Assembly (NCBI GenBank): GCA_050084985.1
Contig: JBITNC010000002.1
Coordinates: forward strand, 8,060,001 to 8,124,000
Length of the DNA: 64,000 nt
Direction: 5' to 3'
DNA from: Nageia nagi
Taxonomy: Eukaryota > Plantae > Pinophyta
Numbering within the stretch: position 1 is the stretch's first letter; each line of letters starts with the position of its first letter. This document shows, piece by piece, positions 13,414 through 24,503 of the stretch. The translations under genes and the position numbers were made by a program. The notes below the pieces were generated by a model that did no database searches, was not told the DNA's origin, and was given only the letters and a program-made list of their open reading frames with translations.

Positions 13414-15256
13414 TTAGTTGGTGAGACCGTACAACTCAATTGTCTCCTCTAAGAACGCTACGGTCTTCTGTACTCCTTTGGAAATCATGCCAACGATGCT
13501 ACCATTCTGCCAAAAGTAGTCCCCAATCTGCCTGGATGTAGCCTGCATTTGATATTTCTAGATGACCATCTGCCTTTCGTAGATGATAGGATGCCCTGCT
13601 TTTAACAAATTGAGATCTTCGACATCTAGATGCTCATGGATTAGGTTTTGGGCCTCTGCCAATACCGCTTCCTTCTTGCGCACACTGTTGTCATCCCCTT
13701 GAAATCTGAGTTGGTATACATACTTATTCATCTGCTCCTCTACCTCCTTTCTCAAGGGGATCCTGACTTTCAGGACGACATTGCACTTCTCGAGTGCATG
13801 CTTCAGCCAGTCGTGCTTATACATAAACTCATGGTAGTAGACCAATTTCTCGGGTCTGTCAGTGAAGATCTGCTGTAGATGGGTGACGTTTGGGAGATAA
13901 CCATCCAACTTCTTGAGGTGTGCTATTATCTACGACTTGAGTTCCTAGATCCCAACACCTTCCTCAAGGAGGCTATATATTTGAGAAGATAACTTCTCAA
14001 TGGTCTCCACCATCTCCTTCTTCAGTTGGTCCTTCATCAGCTCCCATCCTTCATGGAACGAAGTTTGTTTCTTTAGGTCGACAGGGGTGGTGCTAACGGT
14101 ATGGAACTCCTTAATGATTTTCCTGCTAGCTGTGAGTTCCCTTTTTAGCCTCTTCAACTCCTTCGCTTCATAGCCTTCCTGTTCCATGATAGCAACATTT
14201 TGAGTTACAATGTGCTTTCAGGCTGTCAGACCTAACTTAACAGGCATCTTAAATGTCTCGATCATATAGTCCTCAGGCCTTTGAGGATGTTTCTTCTTCG
14301 AGTAACAGTGACTGATGGAGATTTCTTTCCGAGTAGTAGAAATAAAAGTATAACTCTTCTAACCTTCTCACCATCAAAGAGCTCCTCTTGACCATCGATT
14401 CTCCTTTGATATCTTTGTAAATGGAGTACTCCCACCGATCGTTCCTCTCATAGAAATGCTCAAACTTATTGTGGTACCACCACCTCGGGTAGATCCGCCA
14501 CACTAGAATGCCTTTCTAGCCTAGGTATCTTTCATCCGTATGCTCTCTTGATCTGAGCTTGCTGTGCAACAAGTACACAAGATAGGAGTTCATATAGAAC
14601 CTCATGGAGAAGCCAAAGTAGGCTAGTTGGTGGCGCAAGGCATCACTGATTACCTTGCTCCATCTGATGGCTCTCCTTGAGTTGATCACTGCAATAAATT
14701 CGGTGAACTCCTTCCTATATTTAGAGTCATTTTTCAGACCTGTGACTTTGGACAACAAAGTGATCAACTTAGCATATGTAGGAAGGAACTCCTCCCTACG
14801 AGTGCTAATCAATCTTTGGCCAAAAGCGGCTTCGATCCCATCGGGAGAGAAATCCATGATCACATTCCCTTTGGTGTCCAAGAGAATTCTTTTATCATAT
14901 TTGCATCGTTTGGCTACCTCATAGCACAACTCAGGAAATGGAACAATAAAAGGCATCATAGTGGCATTGAACAACCCATAAGAATGGATGATTTCATTAG
15001 ACAAATCCTCCTTGCTAATGGAGGTAATGGAGGCTATGGTTTGGATGGGATCAACATTTCCCTAGTCTGTGTCTCCAACGAAGACGTATCTCCCATTGAA
15101 TTTGGCTTCAAGGAGCTCTAGTTTTTCTCTCTCTTGGAACTCTATTCGGCTCTCTCTCAAGAGCCTTTCCATTTGGTCCCTTGTGACATGTCTTTCGAAA
15201 AGTTGCCCATGGACTTTTTTGGCCTTGGATAGGGGTGGCCGCACCTTAGAATTCAT
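13414..15256 (-). pseudogene. Retrotransposon accessory ORF (~610 codons, disrupted), with a probable C-terminal coiled coil
   Basis: ORF-track pieces 15062..15256, 14516..15004 and 14273..14503 share one frame. Pieces 13945..14187 and 13558..13908 share a second frame that continues to TAA at 13414. The pieces are separated by premature stops and one frameshift. A TATA-like TCTATAAAAGAGG lies on the minus strand at ~15430-15443. Confidence 0.75.
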
Positions 15257-15539
15257 CTTTATATCCTAGAAAATGTACAGAAACTTGCAAAAAAGGCACT
15301 AGAAAACTGGCTAGAGATACCTCAGAAATGACTAAGTATCACATTGAATGTGTTTCAAAGAATGCAGTAACAATGGTCAGACGTGTTGGTCTAGGCTACA
15401 AAATGTCCGGTAGAAATGAACTGGGACTGCCCTCTTTTATAGAAGATGCATGGAGGGTTTGTGCATGGCACAATGCATGTATGCCACTTGTCTTCTTGGT
15501 CTTTCAACTCCTGGCTTCTTCCACACTTTAACAATTTTG

Positions 15540-17250
15540 GCTCTCAGACCCAGGGCGCACATATTTGGATGTGTGCTTTTTCATTGTCTAGAAAACATGC
15601 GACTGGGTTCCTGATGGGCAAACACATTACGTAGTCAATTTAGTTCAACAACATTCCATAACGAGGATCAAATCATCACTTCATGTAGGGCTCATGGATT
15701 AGAGGATTTGCTTTTTCATGTTTCGTAAAGCATACGCCTCCAATTTTTATGCACAACTGAAAAGAGAATGAAGAGCACCTGTTTTTCATGTATACTTAAC
15801 AAAATTCTTGATTCTGGACTTGGGCGCATTGTTTCGGATGAGTCCTTGAAGCACTAGTAAGATAGCATGCGCATAGGTCAGCTTAGGGTAAACTTTGTCA
15901 AAAAGATGCCAAGTGAATTACAAAAAATGGACTTTGAGATCCAGCTCACCCTCTTCGAAAATGGCTACTGGCAATCCAAACGCCTTTTCAAACCCTTATT
16001 TCTCTTGGACGCACCGATTTTGATGAGTCGTTAAGCATGTTCCAGAAATGGTGCGACTAGGAATCTTAGTTCAAAATGAAATGAAGTGATAAAATGATAA
16101 AAGGGTGACTTAGTATATATAACCTTCAAACTTGCTACGTGTCACCTTTTGTTTGGTTGGAAATGAGGTCAAATGATGGAGCTAGGATGATGGGTGCATC
16201 GATTAGAGGACGTGCAAAAGCATGTCCCAGAATGCATGCGCCAACTAGCTTGTGCGCCTTCAATACTTGTTCCATTTTCATCATGCTTGCAAGCTCTTGC
16301 GACTTGGTCGCACCTCTTGAGATGGGTGCAAAAGCATGTACATTAAAACATGCTCCTGGCCCTTTTCCACTTGGATTTTATACTTAGTCTAAAATGCTCC
16401 TGGTGCACTGATTTGGGTGGGTGCCTAAGCACACTCCAGAAACCATGCGCCTAGTCTATGGCACACTTTCCAATGCAATGTATTTAAAAATAATGAAAAT
16501 GACCTTGAAATTTGCAATCCAGAATAGGGTGCACCGTTTAGGGGATGTGCTTTCTGGACTTAGCTCTACACAATGCTCCGTGTTCAACCAAACAAACTGA
16601 ATGCTGAGATTGACTTTCCTTTTATAGACCTACTGAGGGTGGATAGGTGTCCTGATATAATAGGTGCAAATGAAGGTTGAATGCATGTGAACACAGTTGT
16701 CAACGCCTGGGTCCAACACTTAGCCAATTTTTATGCCTTGAAATTGGGCACACCAATTTGGAGACTTGCAAAAGCATGTACTTCAAAACGTTGTGCTCGA
16801 CCTTCCTCACAATTTTCTCCAAAAACGACTAAGTGCCGAGACATCTTTTCAGCCTGGGCACACCGATGTGGGGACATGCAAAAGCATGCCCCTTAGAACA
16901 TGCGATCACTTCTTTTTTTGCACAATTTGATGAAATGTTTGTAAGTATTGAGACTTCTCATCAGCTTGGGTGCATTGTTTAGGGGACATGCAAAAGCATG
17001 GCTCTCAAAACATGTGCTTAGGGACAAAATGCAATTTCTTCTTCAAAATGACTAGAATGACCCTCAAAATGGGATGTAAAGGAGGGGATGCAACCTCCTA
17101 CAGCATGATAGGCATGAATAATGCAATTTTAAGACCGAAAATGCAAGATTAAGTTCGAAATATATATCATGAAGGAGGGTGCACGTTTCAAGGTACATGC
17201 AAAAGCATGTCCCTCAAAACGCGTGCCATAGGTAGAATGACACGACTTGA
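15540..17250. repeat. Degenerate ~110-bp periodic array in the 5.3-kb LTR
   Basis: GGG(C/T)GCACC...GGACATGCAAAAGCATG motif at ~16192, 16307, 16527, 16746, 16856, 16968, 17177. Confidence 0.55.
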
Positions 17251-17724
17251 CTTGTTCTTTATCATGAAAGTGCAGATTTTGTCATGCTTCCTCTTGCTAG
17301 TCTAGGATGCATGCATTTCCTTGAAAAATTTCTTTCATGCCTTTATGCTTGAGTTACATGAAGGTCCTCGAAAATGCAAATTTTTTTTTTGGGAGGGGGA
17401 TGTTGTGCAGGCACAACAACTTAACCAAATTTCTGTGCTCTTTTCTTGAACAGTCAAATTTCTGGGTTCTTTTTTCGGACACTTAGCTAAAAGCCAAATT
17501 TCTGGGCTCTTTTTCTGGACACTTAGCCAAATTATTGAGTTGCATGCTCTAGGAAGTCACACTATCATTACTTTTGCTTGTACTGTCCTCCAGCACCTTG
17601 TGATCATGAGACTCTCTTGCTAACACTTGGACTTTGTTGTTTCACTCTAGCAGATGCTCCTAGCCAAAATTTGTGTGTCCCAAAATTCGCTAGAATTTAG
17701 GGGTGTGTTCTGGAAGCCACAACA

Positions 17725-19280
17725 CCTGGGAGTGATTAGGTTTTCCATGAGGATAATAACATCACCTAGAGTTCATAGAGGTTATGCGACAGTGTCTACC
17801 TTAGAGAGATAGAGCATCTAGTTACACTTCCAAGACATTCTGTTCAAGTTAGAGCTCTTCTAGACTCTAAGTATCCCTACACTTTTATATGGAGTTAAGG
17901 TTTTGGGACCTAGTTTGAGAGCAACAAATTGGACCATGATAGAGAGGATCTTAGTCAGTGCTTTGTCTTGTTCCATCCAAAATAAAAGGACGGTCCCTCA
18001 CCTTATCATGCTTGCAGAGTTTGACTGCTAGCCTCCTTAGGTGTGGACCATTGCTTCCATAGTCCTTTTCCTCCATTGCATCCAAAATCTATATGATTGT
18101 GGGGTGATACATCTAGACTCCCTTACAGAGCCCTAGCTTCATCGATCTACCTAACAGCATAAGGTTGCCATCGATGGTTGTTTGTTGAGGTTACCAATGC
18201 ACTCTAGAGACTCAGTTATTTGCCTAATAGGTTGCCTACGCCACTTGAGGGATCAACGAGGCACTCAACAAACTCTTTGACTGTGATATGAGGGTTGATT
18301 TATAGGGCCTTTATCCATACCACTTGGGTTTCTCTCTCACAATCATTGTCACCCAAGTTGGTGCACTATGCACATCACTACCTTAGGATTGATAGTGGAT
18401 TGTTCTCCCCACTTGGTTACATCAGTTTACATCTTCATCGCGGGTTGAGGATGTTTCTTGGGCAGTTTCGGGTTTGCTCCCGTTAGTTTAGGATCAAGAC
18501 AAACCAGCATCTTGTTTATGATTTGTGAGTTTGTCGTCGTTTCTCTCTTGAGAATGAGTCCAAAGACCACTTTGTCTTCCATTGCTTGGTATACTTTGAG
18601 ATTTGAGGATGTTACCATTGCCTTTTCCAAGACTCACATTGTTTTCTATCCACATTCTTCCAGGAACCCTATCAACGATGTTTGGCTCTCTAATTTCGAG
18701 AGGCCTTCCTCTAGTGGAAGCATCTTCTAGCTCGCACTCAACATTCGATAGAGGACCATTGTATTACATCATTTTTTCGAGGTTCTTCCATGGAGGGGGT
18801 CTGTATGAGATTATGTAACGACCCTATGCACCCTTCCTGTCGTACTAAGAGACACTTTTAGGACATTCATGTTGCGTTGAGGACTCGACCGATTTCATCC
18901 TTCTTCCAACCCAGCAATAGTATATTAGACATGACACTTTCTAACCAACAAGATCCTTCCCTGGGGTGAAGAGCATCCACATGCTCTCCTCCGAAGAGAT
19001 CCAAGATAACCCTCTTGTGCCTGACTTAGATTATGTCTCTCCCTTTCTTTAGTGCTTAGATCTCTTCTGTGTAGTTGTATTTGCTTATGTATTTGTTTAT
19101 GTTATATTTAGACTCTCCCTAGGAGCTGCCCATTAAGGGCTTTGTTGGTTTTCTGACCATGTTTGTTCATGCTAGTCCCATTGACCACTTTTGGTCATCC
19201 AGGGACATTAATGTACTTTCTTTCTTGCATGGTCATACTAAAATAATAAGATAGTTTCCACATGCATATTAGTTGGTACA
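17725..19280 (+). mobile_element. Old Gypsy (chromovirus-like) integrase-end remnant with PPT and 3' LTR
   Basis: Degenerate integrase C-terminal sequence, purine tract CATGGAGGGGG at ~18789-18799, then TGTAACGACCC at 18814. The right end is uncertain. Confidence 0.45.
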
Positions 19281-19569
19281 TGTGAGCCCTAGTTTTATCC
19301 TCCATCATAACTTTTGGTGAGGTATTGATATGAATAAATTTAATGTTACATAAAAAATATAAGGTCTTTCATCTATATACAAGCTGGCTTGTATCCATCA
19401 TATTGTACATTCAATTTGTTTCAAAGAGAGTAACTGCTGAGATCAGAAATAGTCCCTGTAGTTATATATGTTCGATATGGTTCATTATTTTGTTTATTTG
19501 TGAGGAAATAAAGAAAAACTTATAGTAATTCTGAAATTTGATATTTGTGAAATATTATATGGCTTTCAG

Positions 19570-19690
19570 ATTTGTTGGGGCAGTTGTTGTTATTGCAGCT
19601 AATGCTGGTGGAGCTTGGACTCCCATTGGAGATGTGACTACTACTATGTTGTGGATACATGGGCAGATTTCTACTTTACGAACAATGCAG
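19570..19690 (+). CDS. NHD1: NhaD-type Na+/H+ antiporter, internal exon (first exon visible in the window)
   Basis: Acceptor TTTCAG|, FVGAVVVIAANAGGAWTPIGDVTTTMLWIHGQISTLRTMQ (NhaD signature), donor |GTATTG. 121 nt. Confidence 0.95.
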
Positions 19691-19856
19691 GTATTGTTTG
19701 CTTGGAATCCCTTTTTATTAATATTACCTGGAACACTTTCTCTTCTTTCCTAAACTCAAGGGTTCACTTTTATAAGAGAATGATGGCTCTTTTTACGAAT
19801 GTATGGCATGTGGATTACAGGTGGTAAAAATAGTAGCCTCCTTATATGGATTTAAA

Positions 19857-20041
19857 CCAAGTCGGCATAACAAAAGTTGGCTCCGGATCAAATTTAAAAA
19901 ATTAAGTAAAAATTGGCAAAAAATTGTGGCACACAAAAATTAAATACACAAACAAAAAATCACGAGTAATCAAAAAATTCAATTAAAAAAATCACAATAA
20001 ATCGATAAAATTACGATTTATCAGTGTTTTACTAAACACTG
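19857..20041. mobile_element. Small hAT-like MITE in NHD1 intron
   Basis: Flanked by the 8-bp direct repeat GATTTAAA (19849-19856 and 20041-20048). The right end is a CAGTGTTT..AAACACTG hairpin; the left TIR is poor. Confidence 0.45.
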
Positions 20042-20436
20042 ATTTAAAGAGATAGGCATAAAGCGGTTGCCCATCAAAATCAAAGGCTTGTATACCATTT
20101 CTGATGGTCTTAGATTACCATAATCTAATATCAATAGTAAAAGATGTTTGTATTGGTGAAGAATGAATTAAGCATCAGATTGTAAAAGACTATCCTGAAG
20201 ACATGACTGATTAGAGAAAGTGTTCAGAATAGGTTACAATCATTTAAAGCATAGTAATTAGTATTTACAGCATAGCATTTTAACTTGAAGGTATGTGACA
20301 CTTGAAGCTATGGCCTGACTTTTTAGCTTTTTGCTCCTTTATTAGGCCAAAGACAGTAAGAGTCTCTTAGAGAGTCCATGCGTATATTTATCATTTGCAC
20401 ATATTGGTTGTTAAATGAAGAATTATTTATACACAT

Positions 20437-20700
20437 TGTTATCAATCAACTAGTTAATCAATAATGGAAAATAACACTTTGTATTTCGTAGGCATCTTCG
20501 GGGGTACAAACTTTAAACTTTAGTGAACTCAATACAAAACATAGTGATAGACATAAAGACAATAATGGAAAATAACACTTTGTATTTTGTAGGCATCTTT
20601 GAGGGGCAAACCTTCAAACTTGAGTGAACTCAATACAAAATATACACCACCTCATGGCTTGTGTTCTTGGCCTTTTATAAGAAGCATACTTACAAGTTTA
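20437..20700 (-). mobile_element. LTR fragment related to LTR 47462-47831, with a 101-bp tandem duplication
   Basis: Aligns by eye to the reverse complement of 47670-47790. The unit AATAATGGAAAATAACACTTTG... occurs at 20460 and 20561. Confidence 0.55.
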
Positions 20701-20954
20701 ACTGAACTTGTTCAAAGTTTGGTATAAACTGAATTTTTCTTACAAACTGAATATGTCCAATTTGGTTTGGTTCTTCTGAGGCAGAAAGAAAATTGCCAAA
20801 AAAAACCCTACTAGCACCCAAAAAAATCTACTAACACCTTGAAAATTCCACAAAAAAACCCTATCGGCACCAAAACCATCTGCAAAAGAGAAAAACCCTA
20901 CTACCACCCAAAAGAAGTGATTACTGTTCACTATTTCTACGCTTTTGTGTCGCG

Positions 20955-22335
20955 TCCATTTGGGACTGACCTCTCCAGGGCCCATTTTCATTCCCCATTA
21001 GCTCCTCCTTGGAACTTTGCAACAAGCTAGCTCTCCAACCACTTGCAACTCATCTCCTAGCCCTTTGGTTCTACAACAGGCTAGCTATGCAGCTGCCTGC
21101 AACTTGCTCTCGACTCCCTTGCCTCGACAACCTTTCTGGTTTTTGTGGACTGCCCAAGATGTCGTTTCTCCTCCCTAGGCCACTCTTTATCTTCTTAAGT
21201 GTCTCTAGAGACTTATGTGCGGTGCACAATGTAATGAAGCTTCCTGTTTACAACAAAGCTTGGCGAATCATTCCCTCCTGTGTGATGCGGCCTATGGTGT
21301 CTCTTGACAATGTCCTTGCATGAATGCTTTGCATCAGACTACCCAGCTTAAAAGAATTTGAGCTCCTGCTCAAATGTTGGTAGAAATTGTGCTTCCTTCA
21401 TGTAGCACCTTCTTTGTCTATCCCAAAGGCATTGATTGGCTCTGATAACATATGATGCAAGGAAAGAAATGGGGGTCACCCAAACCAACACAATCTTCTC
21501 GAAAAAAAGAAATTTCCATTAAAATACTATGCATACATTGGATTATGGACTTTCAGTGGCCTACAACACTAGACAGATGCTACACTACCACCTTAAATAT
21601 AGTCCACAACAATGGCCACCGACCCCATTACACAGACACCAAAAACATGCAACTGGCCACATAGGCCTTCCAATAATGTACACGTGACCAGTCCCTCATG
21701 ACTGTGCTCCACTCTTGCATCCCTCATCATAAGATCTCTTGTTCCGCCCATGGAACTTCCTTTCTTGGCAACAAGCTTCTCTATGGTGTGGGGACTCCTA
21801 TCTGGGACTCTCCTCTCCCAGGGTCCATTTTGTCCTTCTTCTTCAGCTCCTTGGAACTTTGTATTCAGCCACCTATAACTCATTTCCTAGTCCTCCGATT
21901 GTGCAACAGGATGGCTATGCAGCCACTTGCACCTCATCTCCTAGCCCTTCAGCTCTGCAACAGGATAGCTATGCATCCACCTGCAACTCATCACCTAACC
22001 CTTCAATTTTGCAACAGGATGGCTATGCAGCTACTTGCAACTCATCTCCTAGCCCTTCGCCTTTGCAACGGGATGGCTATACAGCCACTTGCAACTCATC
22101 TCCTAGAATTTTGTCTTTGCAATAGGATGGCTATGCAGCCACCTGCAACTTCCTTTTAGCTTCCTCCCCTCGGAAACCTTTTTGGTCTTTTTGGACTACT
22201 CCCTAGGTTACTCTTTTATCTTCTTTGGCATCTCTAGAGACTTGTGCAGCACACAATGTAATGAAGCTTCCCGTTTACAACAAATCTTGGCGAATCCTTC
22301 CCTCCTTTTGTGTGATGTAGTCTTTGGCGTATCCT
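20955..22335 (-). mobile_element. Tandem TRIM-like remnant: internal region, PBS, short LTR (21453-21729), second homologous internal region
   Basis: 20955-21320 is homologous to 21800-22335. GGCTCTGATAACA at 21438-21450 is a degenerate tRNA-Met PBS on the minus strand. A TGATG...CATCA inverted end pair bounds 21453-21729. Confidence 0.5.
21855..22150. repeat. 54-bp minisatellite, ~5.5 copies
   Basis: GCAACAGGATGGCTATGCAGCCACTTGCAACTCATCTCCTAGCCC... at 21903, 21957, 22011, 22065, 22119. Confidence 0.9.
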
Positions 22336-22338
22336 AAT

Positions 22339-22615
22339 CATAGTTGTCGGACTCAGACTCGGCTTAGACTTGGCCAAACTTGTTGAAACTCGTCTAGATC
22401 TTAATCATAGTTGTCGGACTCAGACTCGGCTTAGACTTGGCCAAACTTTTTGAAACTCGGATAGACTCGTCGAACCTCAGTCAAACTTGCCGAAACTCGA
22501 TCAGGCTCGCCGAAATTTAAGAAAAAAAGAGTTCGAGTGGACTTGGTGCGGCAGAGCCCACTCAGGACTTGGAATCACAAAGTACTTGCGAGTCTGGGTG
22601 ATTTCGACTACTATG
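22339..22615. mobile_element. hAT-type MITE with a duplicated left end
   Basis: TIR CATAGTTGTCGGA / TTTCGACTACTATG; 8-bp TSD ATC(C/T)TAAT / ATCTTAAC; subterminal (G/A)ACTCG motifs. The first 67 bp are tandemly duplicated (22339, 22406). Confidence 0.75.
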
Positions 22616-22863
22616 ATCTTAACAATGGAATTGCATTGATGCTTTACATCGCTTGCCTCCCCCTGTACTCGAAAAACATTTTCCCATTCTGATGTGTGTA
22701 AGCACAAAATTGGTTTTTGGCCCGGCCTTGGAATCACAAATATTTGCCATATAATTATTTACAATTGTTTATTTGTATTTTTCTCAACTGAACCGAACTG
22801 AACCTTTTCGAAATCCCGAACTTTCAAACTTTATTTATCCTCCATTAGAACTGAACTTTCTTA

Positions 22864-23076
22864 ATCTTGTAACTATTATAAGAAAATATCTAAAATAGTA
22901 TATTCTCTTTACATGTGTTTCTTACATGTGCCCTGTATCCTTTTACATAATATATTTTTTATTCTTTTATAGATATATTCCTTTACAACAATATGTATCC
23001 CCTCCCTTCCAATACTAAGCAACATGTGTTCACCCATATATTCCCTTACAAATTGACATAAAGTGGATACATAACA
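22864..23076 (-). mobile_element. LTR fragment related to LTR 47462-47831
   Basis: Matches the reverse complement of ~47580-47685 (ATAAGAAAATATCTAA..TATTCTCTT..ACATGT). Ends in ...CATAACA. Confidence 0.5.
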
Positions 23077-24042
23077 TGTTAAGACTACATATTGCCATGA
23101 CTAAAAACTTCAGCCAATTATTTTTGAAGATTTAGGGACTAATAATTATTCTCGAGTCATGACACAATTCAAGTCATTCTCTTCATCCAGTTTAAACAAA
23201 TGTTTGCCTTTAAGACCGCGGAAAGTGGGTGAATTCCAGGGAGGATGATAAGCATATATTACTTTTGGACGCTATAATTCTTGTGTTACTCATTTTTAAG
23301 TCTTATTTGCATCTAGCGTCTGTACAATAGAGTAGTTCTTGTTTAATGTAGAAAGTATCCATTCCTTACGTGTAGCGAACTAAGAAATAGAACCACTATT
23401 TGGGTACCTCACATTGTGTCTCTAGAGAACAATTGATTACACAATGTAGAGATGGCATGGAAGGGCCTTTTCAGTATTTGAAGACTGTCAACACTTATCC
23501 AAAGCTATGCGACATTTCATTCTTAGTAAGCTTTTATTTTTTTCTCAGAAAGTCCTTTTTCATCTCTAATCGTATCGCAGAGTCTTGAAACTTTTCAAGG
23601 AAACCTGGGATTGAGGAGGGAGGTTTTCATTTCAAAGACGTGATATACACATTAATCTTTACAAGCAATTTGAGATAATGTATATCGTGGTTTCAGAATT
23701 TAACATTTTCATGAATCTAACTAGACCTGCCGCTTGCATAGTAATTTGTAAACTGAAAGTTTTCAGACCATCTGTAATGGCTGTCAATGTAATACATGGT
23801 CTGCCCATTCCCATGCTTGACATGTACATACGGAGATGTTTATATGAATCTGAGAGCGTGGGATATTCTAGCTCAGATGCATCTCTCTAGTTGTTTGGTC
23901 TGTTGTAAATGAAATAATTCTGGACTGTGGAATGTTTCATAATGGCTGTTTCTCTGTGTTAACACTTAACACTATATGAATATGAAAAAAACTGGTGTTG
24001 CCTCTTCCAAAAGTTCTGAAGATTGCATTATTGTATTTGTAG

Positions 24043-24104
24043 GATCTTTTTATTCCATCAATAGCTTCTTTGGTTGTGCCCTTGGCATTTATGTCCCTAA
24101 CCAG
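24043..24104 (+). CDS. NHD1: NhaD-type antiporter exon
   Basis: TTTGTAG| DLFIPSIASLVVPLAFMSLT(S) |GTATCT. 62 nt, phase-compatible with the flanking exons. Confidence 0.93.
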
Positions 24105-24203
24105 GTATCTACAAGCTCAAGCAATTATGCAAGACTTACAATATATATTTATTTGGCATTACTGAAACAGAAATAATATTGTTCATTTTGTTATATTTGT
24201 CAG

Positions 24204-24503
24204 TGAAGTTAACAGAAAACAGGAGGTACCAGATTTAGTGGCATCCGAGAAGATTGCACCAAGAGGACAGCTTGTTTTCTTTGTTGGCATTGGGGCACTG
24301 CTCTTTGTTCCTGTCTTCAAGGCATTAACAGGGTTGCCTCCATTTATGGGTATTCTTTTTGGCCTTGGAGTCTTGTGGATTCTGACAGATGCAATTCACT
24401 ACGGGGATTCAGAGCGTCAGAAGTTGAAAGTACCACAAGCTCTTTCTCGAATTGACACACAAGGGATCCTCTTCTTCCTTGGGATTCTGCTTTCTGTAGG
24501 AAG
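24204..24503 (+). CDS. NHD1: NhaD-type antiporter exon
   Basis: TTGTCAG| EVNRK...IAPRGQLVFFVGIGALLFVPVFKALTGLPPFMG...LSRIDTQGILFFLGILLSVG(S) |GTACGA. 300 nt. Confidence 0.95.

Larger units (their letters stand above)
12123..17418 (-). mobile_element. Giant (5296-bp) solo-LTR-like unit carrying an internal ORF
   Basis: TGTTGG...GCACAACA termini. Flanks GCTTA/ACTTA give a 4/5 TSD. I saw no internal PBS, PPT, second LTR or gag/pol. Confidence 0.75.
10461..17724 (-). mobile_element. Solo LTR (~1.96 kb net) hosting the nested 5.3-kb unit
   Basis: TGTTGGG at 10461 and ...GCCACAACA at 17724. Flanks CATGG/CCTGG give a 4/5 TSD. GGACACTTAGCCAAATTT repeats continue across the nested insertion. Strand is inferred from similarity to the PBS-proximal end of the LTR at 5049. 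Confidence 0.7.

Noticed and set aside
21698-22159. 153-aa and 128-aa ORFs
   Set aside because: Products of the stop-free 54-bp minisatellite inside an intron. No splice or homology support.
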